Shown: positions 16,374 through 28,026, counted from the stretch's first letter. The stretch is 64,000 nt of DNA from Vulcanimicrobiota bacterium (GCA_963755295.1 CAVWIX010000001.1:6411-70410); one strand, 5' to 3'. Notes: generated by a model from the sequence alone, not told the origin. Numbers and translations: made by a program.

Positions 16374-18344
16374 TCACTTCTGCTCGGGGCTATACCAGAT
16401 GGGCGACGTGTAGGCGCGGTTCGTGACTGTCATCGGGACGTTATCGCTCATCTTAACCTTGAAGCGGGTGGAGTCGTACGCGGTCCAGCGCGGCGTGGGA
16501 ATTTCGATGACCCGCACGTAGTAAAAGGCGCGCAGGGCGGGATCGAAGTCGGGATCCTTCCAGAAAGCGCGCAACTCCGGCGCACCGATCGTGTTCGTCC
16601 AGCTGGCCTTTTTTACGTCGACGGTGCTGCCGATCAGCGGCACGGCACCGTCGGCATCGGGCTTGCGATCGCCGGACCACGCCACGTCGACAACCTTTTC
16701 ATGCGCCGCGCCGCCAGCGTCGAGCCAGCCTTTGATAACTTGCACGCGGTCGAGGTACGCGCCGTCGGGGTCGGCTATCGCCGTGATCAGGAAGCTCGGC
16801 GGCTTGCCTTGGGGCGCTGCACTCAAGTCGCCGCCCATCGGGACGCCCCGCGCGTAGCCCTCGCGTGCGACTACCCATTCCGGATTGTCGAGATCGTCGG
16901 CGGTAAAGTCCCAGCCGCCGAAAACGCGGATAACGGGGCGCGTACCCGTTGTCGCGTACACCTCTTGGCGGTAGAGAGCGTCCCAAATGGACTCGCGGGT
17001 GTTTTCGCGCGCCCATACGGCGGTCATCCCGCCCGGCAGCGCCTCCCACATATACATGTCGAGGTTCGGCGAGATCCGGGATTTCATGAAGAGCATTTGC
17101 CAGCGGTCGGGCCTCGGCTCGTCTTGACCCGCCATGCCGAAGTAGTTCTCCGCGCGGGCAGTGCAGAGGCTGGTGTGGTTGTCGCTGCCCCCTACGAAGC
17201 CGTACTTGAACGGATCGATTCCGATCTTTTCTTCGTGTTGCAAGCCCAACTTGAGCGCGGATCGGACGTAGTTATACGGCAGCATCTCCGGCGTGGTTGC
17301 GACCATGCCGAAGATGTTGCACTTATTCCAACGCTCGAAATTCGCGAACTGATCGCCGGGCGACAGTTGCGGAGTCGTTTCGCTGTCACCCTTGCACTGC
17401 GTGGCTTCGGTAAGGCGATCGAAGCGCGAGCGAAGTTGCGCGTACTCAGCATCGATAGAGTCGCCCGCATAAGTTTTGTCGCCGAACATCAACCCGCAGG
17501 AGAGATTAGGGTTGTGGGCTACGGTCAGCACGCGACCGCCGGTCTTCTTCTCGTACTGGTCGCAGTAATGCCACAAGTCGACCGGATCCATGCTGTCGAA
17601 CAACATGTAGGGTATGACTTGCTTGGCGCGCTCGGCGCCGTCGCGAAAAATGACGTTGCGATGGAGATTATTGCCGTTGGGGCTCGACGTCCATTCGAAG
17701 CCGATGAAAGCGGTGAATTCGCCGGGCTTGTTGTTCTTTTCAGCGGCAGCCGTCGATTGCGCCCAAGCACCGCGGACCAAGTACTTTATCAGCGGAAGCG
17801 GAAACGGCGGTTTGCCGCTGGCGAAGTTACTCGTTAAGTTCGCGAACATATCGTACCCGGCCTGACCGCCCTCCTCGTAGGCTTTCGCCGCTTTTCGTCC
17901 TTCGGCCGTTATCATAAGAATGGGCTTGCGGCTGCCCAAGTCTTGTGCGAGACCGAGGCATTCGGCGTGGTCGCTCACGACCAGCCAGTCGTAGGGCCGC
18001 TCCAGCTTGACGGGTTGGCCGGTCGACGACAGGAGCTGCTCGCCCCGGGCGAAGCGAAACGCTTCGTCGGGCGACAGGTGATCCCCAACGAGACCCGCGT
18101 CGGGTGAAAACGAAGTGTGCAGGTGCGTTTCACCCCACCAGGCATTCGTCGGATAACTGAGATCTGCGTAGGGAGAATATGCTTTTGGTGCCGGCTGTTG
18201 TTGCGCCGGCGCCGCCGTCTCGGTGCTGCTGGTTCCCTTGCCTTGGCGGCCGCAGCCGATCAGCGCAGTAACGGGAGCTGCGAGTAGCGCTCCGATCCCT
18301 AGAAAAAGGCGTCGAGTCACCGATGTCGGCACCTTGGTGCTCAT
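16374..18344 (-). CDS. DUF3604-like metal-dependent hydrolase, Tat-signal lipoprotein
   Basis: 656-aa intact ORF. N-terminal TRRLFLGIGALLAAPVTALIGCG (twin-arginine plus lipobox). The WWGETHLHTSFSPDA motif is typical of the PHP-like DUF3604 family as I recall it. Confidence 0.7.
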   Translation of the reverse strand: MSTKVPTSVTRRLFLGIGALLAAPVTALIGCGRQGKGTSSTETAAPAQQQPAPKAYSPYADLSYPTNAWWGETHLHTSFSPDAGLVGDHLSPDEAFRFARGEQLLSSTGQPVKLERPYDWLVVSDHAECLGLAQDLGSRKPILMITAEGRKAAKAYEEGGQAGYDMFANLTSNFASGKPPFPLPLIKYLVRGAWAQSTAAAEKNNKPGEFTAFIGFEWTSSPNGNNLHRNVIFRDGAERAKQVIPYMLFDSMDPVDLWHYCDQYEKKTGGRVLTVAHNPNLSCGLMFGDKTYAGDSIDAEYAQLRSRFDRLTEATQCKGDSETTPQLSPGDQFANFERWNKCNIFGMVATTPEMLPYNYVRSALKLGLQHEEKIGIDPFKYGFVGGSDNHTSLCTARAENYFGMAGQDEPRPDRWQMLFMKSRISPNLDMYMWEALPGGMTAVWARENTRESIWDALYRQEVYATTGTRPVIRVFGGWDFTADDLDNPEWVVAREGYARGVPMGGDLSAAPQGKPPSFLITAIADPDGAYLDRVQVIKGWLDAGGAAHEKVVDVAWSGDRKPDADGAVPLIGSTVDVKKASWTNTIGAPELRAFWKDPDFDPALRAFYYVRVIEIPTPRWTAYDSTRFKVKMSDNVPMTVTNRAYTSPIWYSPEQK

Positions 18345-18858
18345 AGTAAAGCCTCCCGCGTGCCAGCGCGCGCAAAAACCTTTGGCAATATGGCACCAAT
18401 CTAATGGCTATTTACGAATATCTCGTGAACAACAATCCGTTCGGCTTCGTTGAACCTTCGCAATTTGCGGGCGCGACTCATTGAGTTTTCCCCCGCCGAC
18501 TAGGCGTCACGTTCCGCTTTAGCATGGCGACGTCGCGATCTGCGAGAAACGCTGGCTGCAAGTCCTTCGGCGCGTCCGCTTTGCTTGTTACTGATCCTTT
18601 TCGTTTCTGGGACGCCGCTTCGAGCGGGGGACTGTACCGCGCCCTGGGCCGCTGGAGGTTGCGGCAGCATTTGTTGAGTTCCGCCTTTCTTACCTCGATC
18701 GTGCTCGTTGCATATCGGTACTCTCCAGATTGCGAGGACCCCGAAAGATTGCCGGCCTCCGTTCTCACTCCCATTTCCACTTGCCGTACGTTGTGTGCGA
18801 GGGCGGCAATCCGGGCGCGGACCGGGGCTTCGGCGCGATCAGCGTGAAACTAGCTACG

Positions 18859-19632
18859 ATGAAGGATTTCCTAATTATCGTGCTCGCGATCGCCGGCTTT
18901 GCCGGTTTCTTCACGGCGGCGATTCTGTTGGCCCGCTACATGCTCAAGGAGCGCGTCCAGAAGGGGCACAATGAGGTGCTGGCAGCGATCTTCCTCGCGG
19001 CGGGGACGATCTATGCTGTATTGTTGGCCTTTGTCGTGATTGCAGTTTGGGAAGCGTACGATGCAGCCAACGCCAACGCCTCGGAGGAAGCATCCACGCT
19101 GGCGACGATGTATCGGCAGACGGCGGGCATGCCGCCAGACGAACAACGTGAAATGCGTCGTTTGTTGCGCGAGTACACCAACGCTGTCGTCACCCAGGAA
19201 TGGGAAGTTCAAGCCAAAACCGGCGAGGCCAGTCCGATCGCACGTCACCTGATCGCCGGAATTTACCGCGTCTACGGCAAACTCACACCGACCGAAGCCG
19301 CTGCGCCGATCAGCGTCGAGTTTTTGCGTACGTTCTCGATCGTCGCTGCCGACAGAAATCGGCGCACGCTGGAGGCCGAAGAAAGCCTGCCCAGGATTCT
19401 TTGGTTCGTTTTGCTGCTGGGCGCGGCGATCGTGATCGCGATGACGTTTTTCCTTTACATGGAGGTATTTTCGCTGCACTACGTGTTATCGTCAGCCATG
19501 GCGCTCGTGATCGGGATGCTGCTGATCATGACGTACTTATTGGATCGGCCCTTTACCGGCCCCCTCGCAGTGGACGCCTCCTCGTTCGAGCATTCGCTCG
19601 GCGTGTACGATTCTGTCGACGCAGGGAACTGA
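18859..19632 (+). CDS. DUF4239-like membrane protein
   Basis: The ATG at 18859 gives MKDFLIIVLAIAGFAGFF.... One N-terminal and two C-terminal TM segments. Paralogous to 42237-43034 (shared LAFVVIAVWEAYD / LGFVVVVVWQKYD block). Confidence 0.65.
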   Translation: MKDFLIIVLAIAGFAGFFTAAILLARYMLKERVQKGHNEVLAAIFLAAGTIYAVLLAFVVIAVWEAYDAANANASEEASTLATMYRQTAGMPPDEQREMRRLLREYTNAVVTQEWEVQAKTGEASPIARHLIAGIYRVYGKLTPTEAAAPISVEFLRTFSIVAADRNRRTLEAEESLPRILWFVLLLGAAIVIAMTFFLYMEVFSLHYVLSSAMALVIGMLLIMTYLLDRPFTGPLAVDASSFEHSLGVYDSVDAGN

Positions 19633-19827
19633 TGCCAATGTCGCGCCCCGGTCCTTTCAAAATGCTGCCATCCTAGCGACTTGAATCCCGGTCTTCGCCG
19701 CCGGAACTCCAACCTAGCGAGTTTTGCGTCATCCGTTAAGTCGATCGCAAAGCTGGATTTCCGATGCGGGCCGTCCAGGACAATCACCCGCGCGAAAGAG
19801 TCGCTTTAGCGACGCCCAGACGTCGGG

Positions 19828-22692
19828 TTGTCCTACATGAGGGTCGTGGGACCCGAGCATGGAAAGAAGCTCTTTGCCTTTCCGATTCTGAGCAGGCTTT
19901 TCTTAACATTGGACTTCAAATCGGTAGCCGCGAACCTGCGCGGCGGACTCGTAGGTCGAAGTCGCGAGGCCGCGCTCCTCGCAGGATATCGTCGCGAAGC
20001 AGCCGAGGGACATGGGAGTATCGCGCTGATTTGCGGTGAAGCCGGCGTCGGTAAGTCGCGCGTACTGCAAAACTTCCAAACGAATGTCGAAAGCGGTCGC
20101 GCGATCTCCGGACTTGGCCGCTGCGTCGAATTCGTTCAGACTCCCCTAGGCCCCATCCGCGAACTTCTGCAAAAGCTCGAGCGACGCTGTTCAGCACCGC
20201 TCGATGTCTCACTCCGAGCCGTCGTGCAGCGCCTGACTTTCGAACGTCACACGGATGCGACCGCGAGTTCGCTTCCGACGGGGGCACTATTCGATTCCAT
20301 CGACGGCGCGTTAGGTCGCTGCGCGCTGCGCGGTACCGTCGTTCTCATGGTCGAAGACGTTCACTGGGCCGATCGGTCGACGCTGAGATTCCTGACGTAC
20401 TTAGCCGACCGAATTGCTAAGCGGCGGATACTGGTCGTTGCGACCTATCGCTCCGACGAACTCGACGCGAGCCATCCCCGACTGAGCGAATTTGCGACAT
20501 TGTTAACAAAACAGTCGATATCGAACGTGGTGCTGCGGCCCCTGGATGAGCGTTCGACCCTAGAGTTGATCGAACGCGCGCTTCCCCATCCCAACGCTCT
20601 TGAGCAGGCGACTCTCGCCGAGATCGCGCGACGGAGCCAGGGTAATCCTTTTTTCGCCGAGGAGCTCGTCAAGCATGCTCTCGAAGCTGGCCAGAGCGAG
20701 ATGCGGGAGTTGCCGCTCTCGATTCGCGGCGCCGTTCTCGCGAGGGCCGCTCTTCTCGGTGAAGATCAACGCAAAATTCTGTCGCTCGCCGCCGTGCTGG
20801 GCGAGCGCTTCTCGATCGATCGTCTCGTGACGCTTTGCGAAGGTCGTCGCGACGACGTGCTCGCCGCACTTGAAAGGGCTCGTTCGTTGCGCCTAGTCCA
20901 GGACCGGCGGACACACCCGGGCGAACTGACTTTTCGCCACGCCCTCACACAAGAAGTGTTATACGGCGAGCTGCTTGCCGAACGAGTGCGACCGCTGCAC
21001 GAAGCTATCGCCGTCGAACTGGAGCGCCGACCCAATCGCAACGCCGCAAGCGTCGAGTTGGCGCATCATTGGTTTCGAGCAGGTGATTTGCAGCGTGCCG
21101 CAACTTACGCCGAAATCGCCGGCGACCAGGCTTCTGAAATCGGCGCCGTGGCCGATGCAATCTTATATTACGGGCGCGCCCTCGCCGAGCGGAGGGTAGG
21201 CGACGCCGCCGTTGCGGGACTCACCCACAAGATCGGGGTCGCTCTCGGAGCGCTCGGTCAGATGACTGCTGGGATCGCCAAGTTGCGGCAGGCCGGTGAC
21301 CTATACTGGAAGATCGGCGATCTCGAAGCTTTTGCGAAAAACGCTTCCGCGCTAGGCGCCCAACTCCACAATGCGGGCGACACCGCGGGTGCTACCGAGC
21401 TTTATCATCAAGCCGTCGATATGCTCGGCAAAAGGCTGCCGGTGGAAGCCCTGGACTTGTTGCGGGCGCGCATCGCGTATAGCTGCGTTACAGCGCTGGA
21501 TGTTGACGCCGCGCTCTCCTTTCTTGCCGAAATCGGCGAGGCGATCGCGGATCCCTCAGCGGCCACGCAGGCCTATCTAACACGACTCAAGATTTCTGCA
21601 ATGAGAGGCAACACCGACCGATGGCGCTCGGACGCCGAACGCGCGCTCGATGCGGCACGACAGATCGCCGACGGCGGTTCTCGCCTTCGCCATGCCTATT
21701 GCCAGATCGCGCTCGACGCCGTGGCGCTCGGTGAAGTCAAATGCGCCCGCGACTACTTTCACGCATCTTTTCCCGTCGAGCGCGCGCAATACGTACCGGG
21801 CTTCGCGCTAGCTGCAGCGGCCTCCGCACACGAGCATACTCTGCGCGGCGACTTTGCAGCGGCTGGCACGCTGCTCGCCAAAAGTGAAGCCGCGCCCGAG
21901 CAGAGCTATGCGGTCCTCGTGCATATAAAAAGTGCCAAGTACGTACTCGGAATCTGCGCGGGCGACGATGCTCTACTGCGTGGCGACGATTCCGAATCCT
22001 TTTTGCACTATGGAGTGGCACACGGGATGAAGCTCGCGATGGGCCTGCTCGGCGGCCCATATACGTGGGCTCTCGCGCTGCGCGGCGAACTCGACGCCGC
22101 TGCCGCATGGATCCATCGCATGGCCAAGGTCTTGCCCGGACCGCACCGCTTTCTCTTCGCGTATCTGGCAGCGGCGCAATTTGGGCTCAAGAGCGATCTC
22201 CTCGCGATGAGGACTCGGCTACGCGAAGCGGCATCCCGTCCCCACGACCGCGTCAACAAGGCGACACTTGGTCTCTTCGATGCGTTTGCCGCTCATCGCG
22301 GCATCGCAACCTGCAACGGGCCAGAATCTGCTCTAGCCTCCGCCGCCACGTTTAACGCCATCGGATGGCCCTGGCTCGCCGGCCGCGCTTACGAGGCTGG
22401 CGGCGACTCGAAGCGCGCGCTCGAAATTTACCGCACTCTCGGAGCGCTCCGGGATCTGCGACGGCTCGAGGTGCGCCGCACCGATGCCGCTGCGGCAATG
22501 CTCTCGCCGCGCGAGCTCGAGGTCGCGGAGCTCGTGGCCGCGGGTCACCCCAACGATGAGATCGCGCAAACTCTGCACATCAGCCTTCGGACGGTCGAAA
22601 AGCACGTTTCCGCGGCGCTCCGAAAATTGAACGTACGATCGCGCCTGCAGCTCGGGAGGTTTTTGACCGTGGAAGGCTGGGTCAAGGGCTGA
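19828..22692 (+). CDS. Large ATP-binding LuxR-family (LAL/MalT-like) transcriptional regulator; start codon uncertain (19828-19909)
   Basis: Walker A ICGEAGVGKSRVL near the N-terminus, a long helical middle region, and a C-terminal LuxR HTH LSPRELEVAELVAAGHPNDEIAQTLHISLRTVEKHVSAALRKLNVRSRLQL. Confidence 0.85.
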   Translation: MSYMRVVGPEHGKKLFAFPILSRLFLTLDFKSVAANLRGGLVGRSREAALLAGYRREAAEGHGSIALICGEAGVGKSRVLQNFQTNVESGRAISGLGRCVEFVQTPLGPIRELLQKLERRCSAPLDVSLRAVVQRLTFERHTDATASSLPTGALFDSIDGALGRCALRGTVVLMVEDVHWADRSTLRFLTYLADRIAKRRILVVATYRSDELDASHPRLSEFATLLTKQSISNVVLRPLDERSTLELIERALPHPNALEQATLAEIARRSQGNPFFAEELVKHALEAGQSEMRELPLSIRGAVLARAALLGEDQRKILSLAAVLGERFSIDRLVTLCEGRRDDVLAALERARSLRLVQDRRTHPGELTFRHALTQEVLYGELLAERVRPLHEAIAVELERRPNRNAASVELAHHWFRAGDLQRAATYAEIAGDQASEIGAVADAILYYGRALAERRVGDAAVAGLTHKIGVALGALGQMTAGIAKLRQAGDLYWKIGDLEAFAKNASALGAQLHNAGDTAGATELYHQAVDMLGKRLPVEALDLLRARIAYSCVTALDVDAALSFLAEIGEAIADPSAATQAYLTRLKISAMRGNTDRWRSDAERALDAARQIADGGSRLRHAYCQIALDAVALGEVKCARDYFHASFPVERAQYVPGFALAAAASAHEHTLRGDFAAAGTLLAKSEAAPEQSYAVLVHIKSAKYVLGICAGDDALLRGDDSESFLHYGVAHGMKLAMGLLGGPYTWALALRGELDAAAAWIHRMAKVLPGPHRFLFAYLAAAQFGLKSDLLAMRTRLREAASRPHDRVNKATLGLFDAFAAHRGIATCNGPESALASAATFNAIGWPWLAGRAYEAGGDSKRALEIYRTLGALRDLRRLEVRRTDAAAAMLSPRELEVAELVAAGHPNDEIAQTLHISLRTVEKHVSAALRKLNVRSRLQLGRFLTVEGWVKG

Positions 22693-23776
22693 GCGCCGAG
22701 CCGAGAGGCGAATCGAATTCCCTGTTTGCGATGGTCTTAAAGGGCTTGCCTCCAGCCGGATAGTGGTAGAAGCCCACGTTATAGCCTTCCATGCAACCAT
22801 TTTGGCAATTGTTCGGCCCGATGACGGTCTTTCCGTCGATCGAGAATCCGTCGATGTCGCCGTATTCGTTAAATACCGTTTTGCCGACGATCTTTCCGCC
22901 GGCGCCCGTGGTTTGGTAAATCGCCGAAATCTCCGGATAATCCTGATATTCCTGGTCGCCGACCGCCACGTGCTTCCCGTCCCAGCGGATGTTGCCGGGG
23001 AACTTGATCGTACCGCCCTTCAGCTCGATATCTTTGAACGTCTGTTTGCCCCTGGCAAGTTCTGCAAATTGGAACGCCGTGCTCGGGCCAGTTTGCGTGC
23101 CGTCGACGTAGAGGTTTCCCTTAGGATCGTAACCACAGAAATACACCGTCGACATATGCGAGACCGCGATGAGCCGCGGAGCTCCTTTGGCACGTTTGAA
23201 GAGCGCGAGATTTCCCGCCGTGCTGCCATAACCCTCAAAATTTGCTACCGCGAGGTCTCCGTTAATCGGATTGACCGAGCAGTTCGTAGGGACGTAAGCT
23301 GGGTCGTACACGGTTGCAATAGGTGTCGTACCACCGTGTTTATATTCTACGATGTTTTCGCCGCTATTCGTCTCGTAGTTGTTGACGATCCAGACATCGC
23401 CTTTCTTATCGGCGCAGACGCCGTCCGGGCCATAAAAACCGGTCAGCGTCCCAACCAACTTGCCGCCCGGATACGTGTAAACAAAAACGTCGTTGCCGTC
23501 GTAGTTTGAAACGTATAGTAGGGTCTGCCCCTTTGCGCCGGGAGCCATCCACGATCGGCTGCGGTTGGTGTGAACGGCCAGGATGCCGCCGTTCGCCGCA
23601 CCGCTCCTACTCCCATCCACCATGACGTCCGAGAGCTGATCAAACCGCGGCGGCCCGCTGGCCTGTCGGAAATGATCCGAAGGCATTAGTTCTGACGGTG
23701 ACCCACCGCCGCAGGCCGTTAGTATTGAAACGGCCGCTAAAATACCGCCCTTGACGTATGATCGGCGAGACTCCAT
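22682..23776 (-). CDS. Family A beta-propeller-like lipoprotein (paralog A5)
   Basis: The ATG at 23776 is preceded by GAAGGAG. Lipobox ILTACGG. LLYVSNYDGNDVFVYTYPGGKLVG, GYDPKGNLYVDG, WDGKHVAVGD, FYHYPAGG. The 3' end overlaps the LuxR stop by 11 bp. Confidence 0.8.
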   Translation of the reverse strand: MESRRSYVKGGILAAVSILTACGGGSPSELMPSDHFRQASGPPRFDQLSDVMVDGSRSGAANGGILAVHTNRSRSWMAPGAKGQTLLYVSNYDGNDVFVYTYPGGKLVGTLTGFYGPDGVCADKKGDVWIVNNYETNSGENIVEYKHGGTTPIATVYDPAYVPTNCSVNPINGDLAVANFEGYGSTAGNLALFKRAKGAPRLIAVSHMSTVYFCGYDPKGNLYVDGTQTGPSTAFQFAELARGKQTFKDIELKGGTIKFPGNIRWDGKHVAVGDQEYQDYPEISAIYQTTGAGGKIVGKTVFNEYGDIDGFSIDGKTVIGPNNCQNGCMEGYNVGFYHYPAGGKPFKTIANREFDSPLGSALSP

Positions 23777-23819
23777 AACGAGCGCTCCTTCTCCGAGACA
23801 TTGCCGCCCCCCGACGACC

Positions 23820-23876
23820 GGCGCATGGCGTGGAGCCATCGGGTCGCAGGGGCTACTCTTCTCACAAGGATGCGCC
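23820..23876 (-). promoter_or_regulatory. Conserved inverted-repeat element E2, ~45 nt upstream of the paralog A5 start
   Basis: Second copy of 14459-14515. Outer stem GGCGCAT/ATGCGCC (7 bp). Confidence 0.45.
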
Positions 23877-23994
23877 CGGTGGCACCCTAGCGTATATGGG
23901 TGGAACTACTACCTTTTGGCTCTCAGCCGTCGGCTTGACCCTCTTGCGACCCAGGCCAGCCGCACGAGCGGTTCCACGATCGAAACGCGAGAAG

Positions 23995-24207
23995 TCATGC
24001 CCGTCGTGCGAGGCCGGTAACGATGAGCTCCATCAGCGATTGGAGGAGCGGCGCGAGATCGTGATGGGCAAATTGTTCGAGCAACAGCGGATGAAAGAAC
24101 TTTACGAGCGCGGAGTGGATGATGCCGGCGGTCTTCTCTGAATCGACTGTCGCGAATTCGCCGGAACGTTTTCCATCGTCGATAATCCGAACCAGCATCG
24201 CATTCAT
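23995..24207 (-). pseudogene. C-terminal fragment of a TetR-family regulator (N-terminal HTH half missing)
   Basis: RIIDDGKRSGEFATVDSEKTAGIIHSALVKFFHPLLLEQF... resembles a TetR ligand-domain C-terminus. An in-frame TAA lies 3 codons upstream of the first Met, and only ~70 nt separate it from tRNA-Met. Confidence 0.5.
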
Positions 24208-24278
24208 GTGGCGATATTATTCTTCGAATCGACCGCCGTCCGTTCGTCTCCGCCATCGAAAGCAGCTCGTGCACGCGA

Positions 24279-24353
24279 TGGTGGGCCTGGTAGGATTCGA
24301 ACCTACGCGCAACCAGTTATGAGCCGGCCGCTCTACCGCTGAGCTACAGGCCC
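24279..24353 (-). tRNA. tRNA with CAU anticodon (Met; an Ile2/lysidine identity cannot be excluded), CCA encoded
   Basis: The reverse complement GGGCCTGTAGCTCAGCGGTAGAGCGGCCGGCTCATAACTGGTTGCGCGTAGGTTCGAATCCTACCAGGCCCACCA folds as a cloverleaf: acceptor GGGCCTG/CAGGCCC, anticodon loop CTCATAA, T-arm GTAGG-TTCGAAT-CCTAC. Confidence 0.9.
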
Positions 24354-24454
24354 GCACGTCAAACGGTTGCCCTGCCTTCCCTTCGCCGGTGCGCTGTTCC
24401 CGCGGCAATGTACTGCTGCCCGCAGCAGAGAAGGCTCGCCGGCAAAGGAGGCTG

Positions 24455-24894
24455 ATGCCCATGCTGACGGTCGTCTATTTCTTGCACGTGCTCCTCGCCT
24501 TTATCGCGATCGCCTTCTTGGTCGTGCCGGGACTGATTCTCGAGATGGCGGCGCGCACCAAAGACGTGCCTTTTATCCGGCGCCTCTTTCGTTTGGCAAG
24601 TTTTCACGGTCGCGTGGGCGGCACGATCGCCTTGCTCACGGCCATCGTCGGCTTCATCGTGGCTTGGCGCGTCGGGACTCCGCTTAATGAAGGATGGCTT
24701 ATTGCGGCCTACGTTGTCTTCGTCATGGTCGTCGCGCTCGGTATTGGCTACCACGGTCGCCGCGAGATGCGCATCGCGGCGCTGGCAGCAATATCGCCCG
24801 ACGATGCGCCATCTCCCGAACTTGCCGCGGCAATCGACGATCCGCTCGCCGTTCCGATTTTTTGGGCCAGCGGGATCCTCTGGATCTTACTCAT

Positions 24895-24922
<28 letters not shown>
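24455..24922 (+). CDS. Small integral membrane protein (DUF2269-like)
   Basis: The ATG at 24455 lies 5 nt after AAGGAGG. Four predicted hydrophobic helices. The family name is from memory only. Confidence 0.55.
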
Positions 24923-27187
<2,265 letters not shown>

Positions 27188-27240
27188 GAGAGCGTGCTAC
27201 GCTCTCGGAGTTTCGCGCGCCTTGTCGAACGATTCAAAGG

Positions 27241-28020
27241 ATGATTCAGGAGGATCCGGGACCCTATGCGGGGGTGGCCGCCGGACTGGCAGCGACCCCG
27301 TTTGCCTCGATCGCCTACGTCGCGGAGACCGGCAGCACCAACGCCGACTGCGCCGCATTGCTGGGCGAGGACCGCTTCGCGGGACGAACGCTCGTCGCCG
27401 AGTACCAAAGCCAAGGGGCCGGGCGTAAGGGACGCACGTGGCACGCCGCACCCGGAACCGCCTTGCTCTTCACGACTATCCTGCCGCGTGCCGTGGCGAC
27501 CGAATCCTTATGGCTGGTGCCGTTCTGGGTTGCGCTGGCGGTGCGCGCCGCGCTTCACGAATGCGGGATCCCGACGACGCTGCAGTGGCCTAACGACCTG
27601 CTTCTCGACGAGCGCAAGGTTGCCGGCGTGCTGTGCCGGTCTCGCGTCACCGGAACGACGGCACACGTCGCCTGCGGCGTCGGGATAAACGTGCATCGCA
27701 CTCCCGGCGCCGCCCGTATCGAACCTCCGCCGGCTTTTTGCGACGACCTCGCCCGCTTCGGTCGCGCGCTGCTTTTGCGCGCCGTACTGACGCACTACGA
27801 TCGCACCCTCTTCACGCTCGACGAGCCCGACGTCGTCATCGAGCAATGGGACCTCGCGGCGCGACTGCCCGGGCGCCGCTATCGGCTGCGGTTGGATAGC
27901 GGCCCCGAGGTTTTCGAGGCCTCCGCGCAAGGTCTCGCCGAGGGCGGGGGCCTGCGCATCGTGCGCGACGACGGCGGCATGGCAACCGTTTCGCTCGCCG
28001 ACGCGCGCGCCTTGCGTTAG
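27241..28020 (+). CDS. birA: Biotin--[acetyl-CoA-carboxylase] ligase (group I, no N-terminal HTH)
   Basis: TGSTNAD, QSQGAGRKGRTWHAAPGTALLFT (GRGRxW-type biotin-binding loop) and KVAGVL. Confidence 0.85.
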   Translation: MIQEDPGPYAGVAAGLAATPFASIAYVAETGSTNADCAALLGEDRFAGRTLVAEYQSQGAGRKGRTWHAAPGTALLFTTILPRAVATESLWLVPFWVALAVRAALHECGIPTTLQWPNDLLLDERKVAGVLCRSRVTGTTAHVACGVGINVHRTPGAARIEPPPAFCDDLARFGRALLLRAVLTHYDRTLFTLDEPDVVIEQWDLAARLPGRRYRLRLDSGPEVFEASAQGLAEGGGLRIVRDDGGMATVSLADARALR

Positions 28021-28026
28021 GTTAGA

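Noticed and set aside
18478-18780. 100-aa minus-strand ORF (and the overlapping 107-aa plus-strand ORF) in the 514-nt divergent spacer between the DUF3604-like and DUF4239-like genes
   Set aside because: Third-position GC is mediocre, there are no motifs, and there is no clear SD. The spacer more likely holds divergent promoters. A 10-bp palindrome GCGACGTCGC (~18527-18536) was noted but is not interpretable.
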